Source of the DNA: Eledone cirrhosa
Taxonomy: Eukaryota
DNA: 64,000 nt
Assembly: GCA_964016885.1 (NCBI GenBank)
Contig: OZ024742.1
Span: forward strand, 51,894,001-51,958,000
Direction: 5' to 3'
A model generated the notes under the pieces. It saw nothing but the letters and a program-made list of their open reading frames with translations, was not told where the DNA came from and ran no database searches. The position numbers were made by a program, and so were the translations under genes. This document shows positions 51,086 through 64,000 of this stretch, piece by piece. Each line of letters opens with the position of its first letter. Position 1 is the stretch's first letter.

Positions 51086-51526
51086 AAACAAAAAACTATA
51101 ATAATAATAAATACCAGGTAACAGACATTTTCCTTGCCTTCGTTTTACAGTCTATTTCATATTGTCTTTGCCTTCTTAAACATACCATTTCGTATATTAT
51201 CTATAATAGTATAAAAAGAGGTTTGTTTGTACATTGACCGCTACTGACAGTAAATACATTTGGCAATAATTAAGTTTTTCGTGTTTTCAACTAATCTGAT
51301 ATCTGTCACTCTCACCATCGACCTTCTCTTCGAAAACAGAATTGTGAGAGATGGGGAGATTTTACTGCTCTTTCTAGGACAGTGATTCAGTGGCAGGTAT
51401 TCTTGCTGGTTTCTCCATTCATATAATTTCTCTCTATCTATATATCTCAATCTCACTCTTTTTCTCTATCTCACTTAATGTCTCACTATCTATTTCTCTT
51501 TAGGTCTCTCATTATTTCTTTCTCTT

Positions 51527-51717
51527 GGCGGTGGATTGGCAGTATCGCTAGAGGGTCGGATGCCATGCGTTCCAGCATAGTTACGTCCCTTTACGATCTG
51601 AGTTCAAATCCCGCCGAGGTTGACTTTGCCTTTCATCCTTACGGGGTCGATAAAATAAAGTACCAGTAATGCACTGGGTAATTGCTGGCCTTGTGCCTAA
51701 AGTAGAAACAATTATTT
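51527..51717 (+). mobile_element. tRNA-derived SINE, full length
   Basis: GGCGGTGGATTGGCAGTATCG (A-box region) and GAGTTCAAATCCC (B box). At least seven related copies occur in the window. Confidence 0.88.
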
Positions 51718-52212
51718 CTTTCTCTTTCTCTCTCAACTTGTCACTTTTTGTATGTCTTTCTCGATCTGTATAATACGTGTTTTTCTATATATATCACTTT
51801 TCTCTCACTTTTTCTCTCTCTGTTTCTCTCTCTGTCTATCTACATGTCTCTTTCTATGTCTCTTTATATGCAACACATCGTTCAGCATGCGGTCTATCAA
51901 CGAAATGGCATGTATGCTATATTTTCAACTTGTCATCTTACTCTTAAGCAACAATTCACCTCTCTTTGAAAGAACTGAAATTCTTCCGATATTGGTTATT
52001 CCAATGTCTAAAGATTGTCGATGTTGTATCGTCAGTTCCAGAAACCATGGTTGGGGTACTAAACAAGTGAAAACCGCCTTTCTTTGGCCGATTTAGATTA
52101 TATCCTCCCGTAATGAGTTTAATATATTTTGGTACTTCTCCGAGTAGATAATTTATTAATATATCTAATATGTCTTATCCTTTCAGTGAGACACTTAATA
52201 TTATATAGCTGC

Positions 52213-52310
<98 letters not shown>

Positions 52311-53483
52311 ATTACACATACACATATATACATTGAACTCTGTTTTCAAGAAATTGTTTCAACGAGACTACTAATTTGATGTTTCTAATCCTATACACTT
52401 CTTATCAATAACCATCGTATGCGAATCAAATCACCCTAGAAAATATTTACCTATAATTGCCTTACTGGCAGATGACACGATTCAGTCTAAGCAATTTTTA
52501 TTATTGGGTAGGTTGTTGACAATAGTATTTCTGGCGTGTTGAAGTTGGGCACGAATGCTTGTATTATATAAACAATACTGAATATTGTAAATTAAAAGAG
52601 CTGAAGATATCGAATCTACCATCGTGAAATACATTACTCGATCGTTTAACGTCATCTGACCCATGAACATGTTGTGATCAATTGATGGAATTTAGTTCCA
52701 GGTTAGTCTTCATTGAATAATCCTACACCCAATGATTTCAACGGTGGCTACAACGTTTCCTCTTTAAATTCAAGTCTTCATGGTTTGATTTGGTTTGTTT
52801 CGCAAAATAAATGCAGTGAAACATGACAACAAGCTTGAATAATAAAATGAACCTTGTGCGTGATAATCATTCCAATAATCGAATACACTCCAGCTATTTT
52901 GTGAGATTATACATTAAATTCGGTAATATCTATATTATTGCGGAAGATGTAAAAAGTAATATTATCAAATAGATTGCAATATTAAAGCACATAATTAGTT
53001 AGCAATATTTAATACACTGGAATTTCTTTCAGTAATTCTCACATGGAGGAAGGTTGGATATCAGCTCCGAATGTAAAGACAATCCATGTCAAATTTCTGG
53101 ATATCTTCGAATACCATATATCATCAATGGGAGGATTGTGAAGTAAATTATTCAAGCAGAATAGAAATATGCACAAAAGAGACATAAATACTGTAAATCA
53201 AACTGTAAAATATTTTAATCCAGCTATCAAGGATCATGGTTGCGCGTGATTTCATATCACTGACCTAACAGAATGTGTTGATTATTTTCTGCATAGGTTA
53301 AATATAATTAGAATAATTTGTAAGTGTTCTTGCAAACGCGGGACATAAATCTCTCATTATCACTCTCACAGACATTCTTTTACTCCTTTGCTTTCTCCCT
53401 CACAGTAATTGTTATCCTTCCCCGTTCACTCATGCTAAGTTTCTCCCCTCCTCACACCATCTCCCCCCCCCCCTCCACACATC

Positions 53484-53514
<31 letters not shown>

Positions 53515-54049
53515 TCTTAGTAATACGCCTTTTGATCTAATTTCTATCATCTTCCATATCTCTTTACAGATGGTCTATATCCATAGGTTTTGCAGCACCA
53601 ACTTGCCGGGTGGTATTTTACATGTTGGATAATCAGTTGAAACTTCCGTAGAGTGATAGACGTAGGGTAAGAACATCCTGTTGCTTGTGAACCTATTAAG
53701 TAAAACTTGAGAAACCTTATGGAACACGGATTGTGTGCTGAAATGCAGTTCAGACACCATGATTTTGCGGGTATTTTGCTAAAAGTGGTTCTTTAGAAGA
53801 ATGGAGCACTTCAGTGAATGATTTCGTTCAGCAAATGACCACTATAGTCACTGTGTAGATAACATCTATGTGTGTAGCAGCTGCTATATTCTAAATTTGT
53901 GAATATCTTGTCTCTCACCTTTGAAATGTGCTTATTTTACAAGCATTCGAATCTCGATGTTTGGCTAATAGTGAAAATGGTCATTAACATAAAGTTTTAT
54001 CTTCTAGAATTTCACATACACATCAGAATTATAGTATATATATATTTAT

Positions 54050-54579
54050 ATATACATAAATGCCAATTTCAGTCTGTATGTTTGTTTGTGAACCTAAAAC
54101 TCAAAACCTACCAGACCAATCTTGATGAAACGAGACACGTGTGTGGGGATCATGCTCATTTGATTTATTGCGTATATTTCATTCTAATTAAAAGGGTTCC
54201 TCGGTGGTTCAAACTCCCGCAGAAAAGCCCGGCTTAATTTTTGTCCCTTCGATTTATATGAAATTTAAACCATAGGTAAATGACAAGATATGATGCATAT
54301 TCCCAAAACTTCAGCAAATTTCAATAATATTAAGACACCCTAATTGGGACTCTATATTTTCCTTATAGCAACACTTAACTTCTTTGACAAACATTTTTTC
54401 GCCTGACCAATGCAATCAACATTATTTGTTTGTATTATTATTTCGTAAATGAATTTGTCTTCGCTTTCGATCATGCATGCTATATTTTGATTTCATTTTT
54501 GGTCTTAGAAACATTGGGCATTTTAATTTGAACTGGGAATACCCCCGCTCCCGGGTATTACCGCCGGGTACCACAACTA

Positions 54580-54580
<1 letters not shown>
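54050..54580 (+). mobile_element. Non-autonomous Helitron-like element
   Basis: 5' (GTCT/GTTT)n tract after TATATA. 3' GC-rich subterminal segment ...GCCGGGTACCACAA-CTAGT ending in TA repeats. Confidence 0.55.
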
Positions 54581-54627
<47 letters not shown>

Positions 54628-55289
54628 TTTATAAAAGGAAAATCTGTTTTTAGAATCTCGTGCAGAAATTCTCTCGCTATACATTGTTAGGTTGGTGCCT
54701 GTTAAGGGTTTCGTATATGTATGTAATGCTTTGTCATGTCCTTCAATTTAAATGTTACACCAAATTTATATATTTCCCAAAAAACATTTTCATTTGATTA
54801 TATATCAGCTAATTCAGAGCAAAATGTATAATTGCTTGCAAACTGACTACTGCAAGCAAAATGAATGGTTTGATATGTCCATATTTCTGATTTGATCAAT
54901 TCACTTGACTTGCATGAATATTAATTCATTGCAGTATTATCGGTTTTTAATACCTCCATATTCTGATATCAAATATTTCTCTGGCTTCTTCGTTATTATG
55001 TGCGCTGTAATTCTGACCTACAAATATACGTCTTTGTGGCATTGGTATAAATCATCAAATAAATTATAAATAAATAAATTATAAATATAAAGTAGAGGAT
55101 ATAATGACAACAGTTCATTTAAAGTTACTGCTAAATGTCTTAAAATGTTAGTCGTTATCTTCTTTGTTTCCTCTCAGAATCAGCAATCATCCTGCTCTAT
55201 ATAAATCTATTTCATCTGTCGCTTTTCTAAATTAGTCCATCACATTTATGATATTCAGTTCTGAAAATAATTAGATAACTTACATAGAT

Positions 55290-57000
55290 CAGGCTTCCGT
55301 AAGTGGACGAGGGTCTTCGCAGCACTGATTTTCATTCCTGTCGTGCAGTGCTCAGCAGTAAACATATCAAGTGCATTTCAGTTATCACCCTCAGACGAAT
55401 TAAGAAATACCATGTCGTCGGCAAATTCCAGCCGACTGATGTTACGAGGCTGGACTGAAAAGTACATAGGCTGACTATGAAGTAGTGATATTAGAGCTGT
55501 GAAATGCTGCAGGCGTTAATTTCAACTCTTCCTATTAATAATTGCATTGATTCTCCTCACTTGACTGTTCAAAGAAAAATTCAAATGTAACTAATGGTGA
55601 CTGCTCTTGAAAATGGACAACATTTGGCATGTTAGTGTTATCAAATACCTGCAAAAATATGGTTTAGCCTCCAAAGACATTCATGCTGACATGATTGCCA
55701 CATTAAGAGAGGACGCTCCAGCTTTTCAACTGTGCAAAATTGGGCAGCTAAGTTTAGGAAGGGAAGGGAGAGTCTTGAATGTCTGGATGCCTTGCAACTG
55801 CAACCACCTAGAAGAACGTGTTCACCACACAGTGATGATAACACGCGATTGACTATAAATCCAATAGCCAATGCAATTAGCATATCGTGTGAGAGAGTTG
55901 AGAATATTCTGCACAAAACAACTTGCGGTGATGAAAGTTTCTGCTTAGTGGGTGCCGCGTCTTATGACACCTGATCAAAAGAACACCAGGATGATAGTAT
56001 CACAGGAAAATCGTACATTGTTCGAGGCAGATCCAGCTGGTTTTATTAAACATTTCTTAATCCAGGATAAGTGTTGGATTCCTTTGAACAAAGAGAGAAT
56101 CCATAAGGTGGAAACACCCCTTCCTCAACTGCTACAAAAAAGGCGAAGGTTATTTTATCTACAGAGAGGGTGATGGTCTTAATTGTTTAGGGGAGGCAAA
56201 ATGCATTCTGTGTATTGCCTTTCTTCAAAATAGCCACACCATCAATGGAGAGTACTATGCCAAATTTTGCTGAGGCCATTATGAAGGGTTATCAAGACCA
56301 AACGCCCAGGAGAAATGACAAAAGGTGTTTAGGTTCATATGGACAATGCTCCAGCACACAAGCATCGGTTACAATGGTTACTGTGCGTGACTTTGGTTTG
56401 GTAATGGTTGATCACTGTCCCTATTCTGCTGATTTGGCTCCGTCTGAATATCATCTAAAAACTCACTTGGCTGGGAAACAGTATCTCAGTGAAAGGTTTT
56501 TCACCAATGAGATCCAACCGCTGCAACACCGATAAAGAAATGTATGCACTGCAAGAGGGAGTATGTTGAAAAATAGACCTTCTCTGGTCATATTCCATGA
56601 GAGGATCTTGGTCAGATTGTGACCTTTTCAGACGATACTCATACACCCGCCAATCTTTATACCACCCCCAACCCGGTTGCACGTGTCAATTTTGTCCATG
56701 AAGAATATTATGAGCAGGAAAGGTAGTGTCGCGTACTCATGGGGTGTCTGACACCCACCCTCAACTGTTTTGACATAGTACCATTTAGCCAACACAAATA
56801 CCAGGACAATCGTATAGAGACTCCAAGCAACAAGAAGCTGTCTTTCAATTACATACTCCTGTAGCATCTTCCAAAACGTGTCCAGTAGAATACGGAACGC
56901 GGGCATTTCCCTTTAAGAGATCTACGAAACAAGCATATGCCTCTTGGCAATGATCCCACAATTTCTTGAAGGCCAGATTCATTGTAGATCTTTAGTCGTC
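55290..57000 (-). mobile_element. Decayed RTE-like LINE RT fragment split by a mariner insertion
   Basis: Minus: FVDL...LLIIFFMDKID...GIKIGGC [insertion] NISRLEFADDMV. Confidence 0.7.
55445..56641 (+). mobile_element. Decayed mariner DNA transposon with TIRs and TA TSD
   Basis: TA-CGAGGCTGGACTGAAAAG...CTTTTCAGACGATACTCA-TA. Fragments VIKYLQKYGLASKDIHADM, WVPRLMTPDQK, DNA and HCPYSADLAPSEYHL. Confidence 0.88.
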
Positions 57001-60000
57001 TGTGCAGCGTCTGGAGCGAACACCACACTGTTCATCTACCATGGACTCGAAAATATACTTGCACTCTTTACCAGACATTTAGCAGTAGGGACAGTAAATT
57101 CACTAAAGTTAAAACATAGTATAACTTGGGGCTTAAAATAAAATCTGACTTCAGATTGGCAAATAATTATTAGCAAATTCTTGTAGACCATCCACCGATT
57201 AGGTATTAAACGTCCTCTCCGACATCTGCTATCAGAAGTTTGTCTAGGATTCTCCTCTTCTCTGTTTAGAGAAGTGCATCCACTCAAGATAGTGAGAATA
57301 ATTTGCTGATCTCCTAAACACGGACACAACAATATCATCTGATATAGATGTAGTGAATCTGGAAACGGAGTCTCAGGCCACTAGTTGAAATATTGCATGG
57401 CCTCTGGAGAGGATGAACTTCGGGCCGATATCTTAAAGCCTTAAATAGAGTACGTATTCTCTGGTTGTGTTGTGTGCATTTGTTGATGACCTGGATCACG
57501 GAAAAGGCACCTAAGCGATGGCAATCGGGAGTGATTATCCAAAGGGACGTTGCTCTAAATATAGTAGAACCTCCTTGTTAAGCCACCCAGGTAATGTTTT
57601 TTTTTTCTTTTTTGTTACTATGTCTATTGAAATCTCATTCCATAAGGGTCAATAAAATACAGTAACGTTCAACTACTGGGGTTGATATAATAAACGTTTC
57701 TTTTACACAAATTGCTGGTCATGTGCTAATTTTAGAAATAATTAGTTCTATGAAAATGCTGCTGCTATTTGTATAACAGTTTATTAAAATGTAATTTGTT
57801 TCATATGCAATATGACTATACAATATAGAGTTTTTAATTAATTTTAATAAATCCTATTATCAATTAAAATTAAATTAAGTCAATATGAACTGCTGATTCC
57901 ATGAATTTCTAGTGGTGAAGTCACAATCATTTTAGCTGACTTCAGAATAGTGCTAAACATTATTTTGTCGATTTCTCTGAGATTTGCACCAAGAATATAG
58001 ATATACTTATTTAAACGCAGACACAATTATTTCTCTTTGATATTCTACCGATTTGTTTATTCACTATAATAACTGGCTGTAGTAATACGTTAAGGCAACT
58101 TAAGGCTAATAATAAAACATAAGTTGGAAATATTTGGTTTGTCAAATCACATTATTAATATTGAAATACATTAATATAATATGCCTCACAGCATCTTTGT
58201 TAACTGACACAGGGACCAATATGTATATTATTAAAGCTGAAATATATAAACGCATTTAAAAATCATAGCATAAGATTCAAAGAATTATGACTTTTCAGGC
58301 AAAGTGAAATGCTATTTTTCGTAAGGAAAGGAGTGTAGTTTAATCTATATGAGTATATTTTGCATTACATATTCTCTCAAATGTAGATCAATGTACGTTA
58401 ATATTGGTCGCATTTGAACACTTAATATAGAGGAACAGAACGAAATAATACAATGAGTAATTGAATAAAGGTTCAAAACATATTAAGATAATTAAACATA
58501 AAGCGGATATTGTAAGTGAAGTGAGCAGAGGAGCAGTTTTTAAAGTATTGTGATATTAAAATTTAAAACGATTTTGAATACCAGACATTGCATATGATGA
58601 AATAAAAGATAGTAAGTTATTGAATTCTAAATGTTCAGTCTCAAAAGAAATTATTCAGTGACTGAACATAATATTCCTTATCGCGCTAGAAATTGATGAA
58701 ATATTTTTTTAAGACGGAAAATGATGAATAAAAGAAAATATGTTTTCTTTTATCATTACGCATTGCCGGGGGTTCCAAGTCATTATAAATTTTAATATTG
58801 TACATTGTCATAGCTTCGGAGAGATTTTCTAAATGCCTTTAGTTACACAGACAACAACAACATATTGAGTAATGCTAAATATAAAATCACGCAACAGACA
58901 TTTTATACATATCTTCACGCAGTTCTTACCATGATGTTTTAGATGGGAATATTTAGCCAATGTGCTTATGTGCATATTTCATTTTAGAACAATTAATATT
59001 CAATGCATTTTCTCGATAATATAAGACATAAATTCCTTGTTAGTTACTATCTGTGAGTCTAGATGTATTCCATTATGCTCTGTAATGCAACGGGTTTTAA
59101 ATAATATGCAGTAATAGTCCCAAACTATTGCTTCCTACAACAATCTATTACTAGGAATGGATCTTTTAATTAGGATTACAGTTAATCAACGACTTTTATC
59201 TTCAGATATCGCTACACTTAACCCATAATACTCGTTACCTACATATCCAATATACACTGGAAAAAAGAGCAGCACGTGACATTATGGCGTTATTCCAAAT
59301 GTCAAATACAAGATTTTCAGAAAATATTAACTTGCCAAATGATCTGGTGAAATTATCATTGCACATTATGGAATTATCAATGTAAACATGTTGGTAACGA
59401 TGAAAATAATAAAATTAAATAGTTTGTATACGTACATTTCCTAAAGTTTGGAATGTATACTTTATAAATACCTTAACAAAATAAGCATATTTGAGATTGC
59501 CTTAACTATACGCTACATAATACTGATCGTTGGTTTTATCCAATAGCATACCAAACCGCGAAACACACACATTCTATATCTATATATAAATTTGAGCTAA
59601 TTCTGTCCGTCACAAAAGATGTATGTATGTGTATGAATGTATGTGTGTAAAAGGAAGAAAGGGGGTGGTGAAAAAAACTGTAGCAAAACAGCGGTTAGCG
59701 TTGCAATTGCTACGCTGTATGTGTGCATGTGTATGTGCGTGTTTGTGTACATGTAAGTGTGTGTATGTTTGTGTGAATGTATGTTTGTTTTTTGTGAATG
59801 TATGTCTGTGAGTTTGTATTTGGGTAAGTGTGTCTGTGTTTGCGCGTCTATATTTATATACTCATACATATATATGTATACATATGCACATACACACACG
59901 CACACATGCATACACATAGGCGTCAACATGTTGAAAAAGATTCGAATATATATATAAATATAGGAGAGGGGGTGTGGACCAGTATCTACATATATGTACA

Positions 60001-60174
60001 TATGTGGGTGCTTATATGGGGGGGGGGGTAGTTGTTCGAAGTGGCAATAGTCCAGGTCCATCAACTATTTTACTTGATTGTGTGTCATCACTAAATATTG
60101 CTTCATAAAGATAAATGTATTCATAAATATCTTAAAACCAGTCAATATTAGTAAACTCTAAAATGTTGAAAAAG

Positions 60175-60606
60175 AATTAGGTAGTAACATGTGCTTACGC
60201 CGTATTTGACTAAATGGAATTAGTCTGTTTGGTGGGATTTTTAAAAGCCCTCTGAATGGAAAAAAAAAAAAGGATGAATATTGATGTACATGGGTAACGA
60301 ACCTACATCTTTCGTTTTTCGGCCCAATGTTTTACCATTACACCATCACCCTACCCATACTTCTTGCCATTGAATTAGAAGCTATATAACCATAGCATAT
60401 ATATATATATGTATATAAATAGGGAGATTCACGGCAGGCTCTGTTTAGAAACTGCTAGCAATTTGAAAATTAGGTAGTAATATGTGCTTGCCCCGTATTT
60501 TACTAAATAGAATTAGTCTGTTAGTTGGGATTATAAAATACCATCTGAGTGGAAAACAAGGATGAGTATTGACGTACATGGGACATGAACCCATATCTTT
60601 GGTTTA
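60175..60606 (-). repeat. Partial tandem (~291-bp period) containing a tRNA-like head
   Basis: 60175-60320 is similar to 60466-60606. Minus strand has TGGTGTAATGG (A box) and GGTTCGTTACCC (B box) at ~60285-60352. Confidence 0.6.
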
Positions 60607-61689
60607 AAATAGTATATATTAAAACAATGGCCCTTTTCATATTTCGCATGATTATTTGTTGCTCTAGATTTTGGAATTTTATATACTAGTCTCTCAAAAC
60701 AGTGTACCTAGTATATTTTTACTGACATAAGTCATTTGTATTTAATCATTTGTTAAAATTGATGCTATGACCTTCAACTTTATAGTTTTGGACTTTTATA
60801 AAGGTCTACATATTACTAGGATACTTACGTGTTGTCCCTTTTATATTAAATATTTTAATTGGATATAGGACTTTCCACAGAATCACACATGATGATTAAC
60901 ACAATATATTTTTGTTGTTTTTACAGAGAAAGCAATATGATTTATTGATATTGATTCAGTAGAACATGAACCTTTTCTCTAATTGACAATGTATACTTCC
61001 TGCATTGAAATATGCATTCGATCATATCGACACAGTTCTGAACAGATATAATATTCTGTTGATCTAACAAATATCGCTCAAAAGGAGTTGGTGTGTGAAC
61101 TGACGTAACCACCACAAGATAGTTTCTCAATATCTCTATGATTTCTATATAATCCTGCTCTATGTTACTGGTGCTGATGGCATAACATCGTAATATAATA
61201 AAACTGTTTTTTTATGAGTTTTTTTTCCACGTACAGAAATCTAATTTTATAACTCAGAATTCCAGGGATGATCTGCAAGAACACTTTATTTTCTGATATG
61301 AAGTCGGATTCCAGCTTCACACAAAAGTTCACACTTGTCTTAACTTTGGAGGCTTTTACTGTCACTGCTGCGGTTTTTCGTGCCTGCTTGTACCGCAAAT
61401 GCAAGAAGGACTTATTTCCAAGCAAAGCTTTGTAAACATCCTTTATTGCGCAGATGGCATATTTGCCTTCTTAATTGAACCAAGGAGTCTTTCTTCCATC
61501 AAGCGCCGCACCAAGCCTCTTTACCCGCAACATTTAACAGCTGAAGGAGCAGCAGCTGTGCTGAACAATGTCTGCGCTGGCTTCAACACTCAATAATCAG
61601 AAGGAAGGTAGGCGTAAAATCCAAACTCGCTCTCTTCAATTCGGTTTTCGTGACAACCCTTCCTATGGTCATTAATCTTATGTAATGAC

Positions 61690-62096
61690 AAAAAGAATAC
61701 GATCGCGAATACAAGGGGCCAACATATGATTCGAAGGGTTTTTGGAGTAACGTTACTCGATATAGTGCGTAACTCAGAGATCAAGGTGTCACTCCAGATA
61801 CAGCCACTACTCCTCAAATTGAGAGATCACAGTTCCGATAATATAGGCATGTGGTTAGAATGTTTCAGGAAAGAATTACTGGACAGATTTTACGGGCAAA
61901 ACCACCCGCCAAGAAACCCAGGGACAGATCCCGAACAAGATGGTTAGATAACATTCTTTTGCTAGGCTAGCCACGCTTGGGGATACAGCCGGATCAGTTG
62001 GAGACGGTTGCTTCTAACAGGACCCACTGGAAGGAGTGTTTGAGGACTTTGCCCCCACGACCCTCTCAGGAATAGGTGGGCGAAAAAGAAGAAGAG
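61690..62096 (+). mobile_element. 3' end of an RTE-like LINE
   Basis: MIRRVFGVTLLDIVRNSEIK...PRGR-like...RW...NRTHWK, followed by a (GAA)n tail. Confidence 0.7.
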
Positions 62097-62229
62097 GAAT
62101 TCCAGTGAAATTATAATTTCATTTTATTCTGTATGCTTTATATGTACAAGGGCATTTACTAAAATGAATTAAAATATAATTTATATCTCTGAAACCCATC
62201 TAGAATAGCCCATTTGATTCGTTTGCATT

Positions 62230-62833
62230 AGAAACACAAGAGCAATAATGACGTGTTCATTCTACTGACATGGCTTTAAAAAAGAGGTTGTTTGCATAAT
62301 TGCAAACGAATCGAATATTATTATTAATATTCGAAAAACTCAGACTACATGTGTTGTATTCAACCTTGTAGAGCGATGAACTATTGGTTAGCTATTTGAA
62401 TATGGCAAAGCCGGCCATTAATCGCTCGTATACATGAAACTGACTGGCCAATCTGCTGATATGCAGGTCTGGCTGATCAGTGGGTCTGCTAATATGCAGA
62501 TCTGACTGGTCATGTAGACTGCTAATATGCATGTCAGACCAATCAGACACTGGATATTTTAGAACATATCATATATTTTCACTGGCACTGACAGTTGGCA
62601 TGTAAGCATTAAACTCTACTGATGAAAGGTAATCCCCCAGAAACGGTGGTGTCCGTAGTTTTGTTGGCATGCCAATACCAGAGCAAGAATATCGGGGTCA
62701 TTCTACTGACATGGCTTAAAGAGGTTGTTTGCATAATTTTAAATGAATTGAATATTATTATTAATATTCGAAAAGTTCAGATTACATTTATACTATTCAG
62801 CCATGTAGAGCGATGAACTATTTCTTAGTTATT
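62230..62833 (+). mobile_element. Partial tandem (~440-bp period) hammerhead-bearing element
   Basis: 62240-62395 is similar to 62681-62833. CTGATGA-AAGGTAATCCCCCA-GAAACGGTGGTGTC at 62619-62653. Same family as 14070-14570. Confidence 0.7.
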
Positions 62834-62856
62834 ACACACACATATATCTATCTATC

Positions 62857-63056
62857 TAAGGCGGGTAAAATTCTCAAGATCCATGGACGAGTTCTCTCCA
62901 GCGGTCTCTGTCCCTCATTATCGCTGCCATGTCCTGCATCTCCAACAGACCAGTGTCTGTCCTGAGGGCATCAACATACGTTAACCTTGGTCTTCCTCTT
63001 CTAGTGTGTCCATGTAGGGGCTCCCAAAGGAGTACTGAGTGCAATGTCAACTCTGG

Positions 63057-63057
<1 letters not shown>
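62857..63057 (-). mobile_element. 200-bp 3' fragment of the RTE family at 25911-27010
   Basis: High identity to 25913-26112. Confidence 0.9.
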
Positions 63058-63122
<65 letters not shown>

Positions 63123-64000
63123 TTTATATAATTACATGTGCTTGCGCCAGTTGAAGTAGGCTGCCACATGGATAGACCATTATGTTATGTATTGTATATA
63201 TATATATATATATGTATATGTGTGTGTGCGCGTGTGTGTGTGTGTGTATACCTGTGTGTTTGTGTCCATTCGTACGCATGTGTGTGCCGAAATATAATGA
63301 ACATTTATTATAACTATATATCTTTCAAGTAGCAGAAGCACCTTTCTATAGAGTATGCTTCTTCACAATGCCATTCTTCAAATTTATATTGTTTCTACAT
63401 ATGAAAAATATCGCCGCAGTTGTTTTAATAGATAATTAGAAAAAAGACATCAGCAATATATTCTATTCGGAAATACAATTTATTTTCCGCTTTCGTTTCA
63501 GTATTATATTTCAGTAATTTCATTTTGGAAAGTTTATTTATGTAATAATATTTCGGGGCAGAATAAATGAAAAGGTATACAACAAACCGTCTACAACAGA
63601 AACAAATGGAAAATACATCAATATAATGAAATAGGCAACCTTAAGCAGTTTCAAAGCGAAATACAACATAGTTTAACCGATTATAAGATACAATAATTCA
63701 AGATTACATTTCCTTCTCTCATTTGAGTGGATATACGCAGATATTTGGACAATACTTCAAAATCATATGAAATGTATCATATCTTAAACTAAGAGAATGT
63801 CGTACCACGCCACATGCAAAACAACCATTTTATATATAGTCTATTAATAACAAAGTAAGGAAAGTAATGTGTTATTTGATAGATGTTTTTCATTAAAAAT
63901 CTCACGATAATGTGTGTCTGTTATAATGTAACATATGCTACTATGAACTACTATTCATATTTTCAGGATTACCTCACAATACATCGTTAGGAACATCTGG

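Noticed and set aside
52400-61600. Possible host exons in the unique AT-rich stretches
   Set aside because: No ORF with a recognisable domain or consistent splice phase could be supported by eye.

Overview
AT-rich, microsatellite-dense animal genomic DNA. The tRNA-derived SINE type and repeat landscape suggest an octopus/cephalopod, which is an inference. No host protein-coding gene could be supported; most short ORFs in the track are microsatellite artefacts. Two systems dominate. (1) At 29.1-47.3 kb is an 18-kb head-to-tail array of four L1/Tx1-like LINEs on the minus strand (three full length, one 5'-truncated), each inserted in a (GATA)n microsatellite. One copy has an intact 1141-aa ORF2, one shows a diagnostic 23-bp TSD, and two neighbours share an apparent conversion tract carrying the same two stop codons. 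(2) Dispersed through the window are non-coding repeats carrying type I hammerhead ribozymes (retrozyme/Penelope-pLTR-like), mostly in (TA)n tracts. They include a ~322-bp tandem array (18.5-21.1 kb) with one hammerhead per unit, ~600-bp and ~440-bp terminally redundant monomers, and fold-back copies. Several unrelated families use a non-canonical UUGANAA (U3-A8) catalytic core instead of CUGANGA. Also present are RTE LINE fragments, mariner/Tc1 remnants, a non-autonomous Helitron-like element, a Penelope-like 3' fragment and SINEs. All structures were read by eye; none has been computed or tested.
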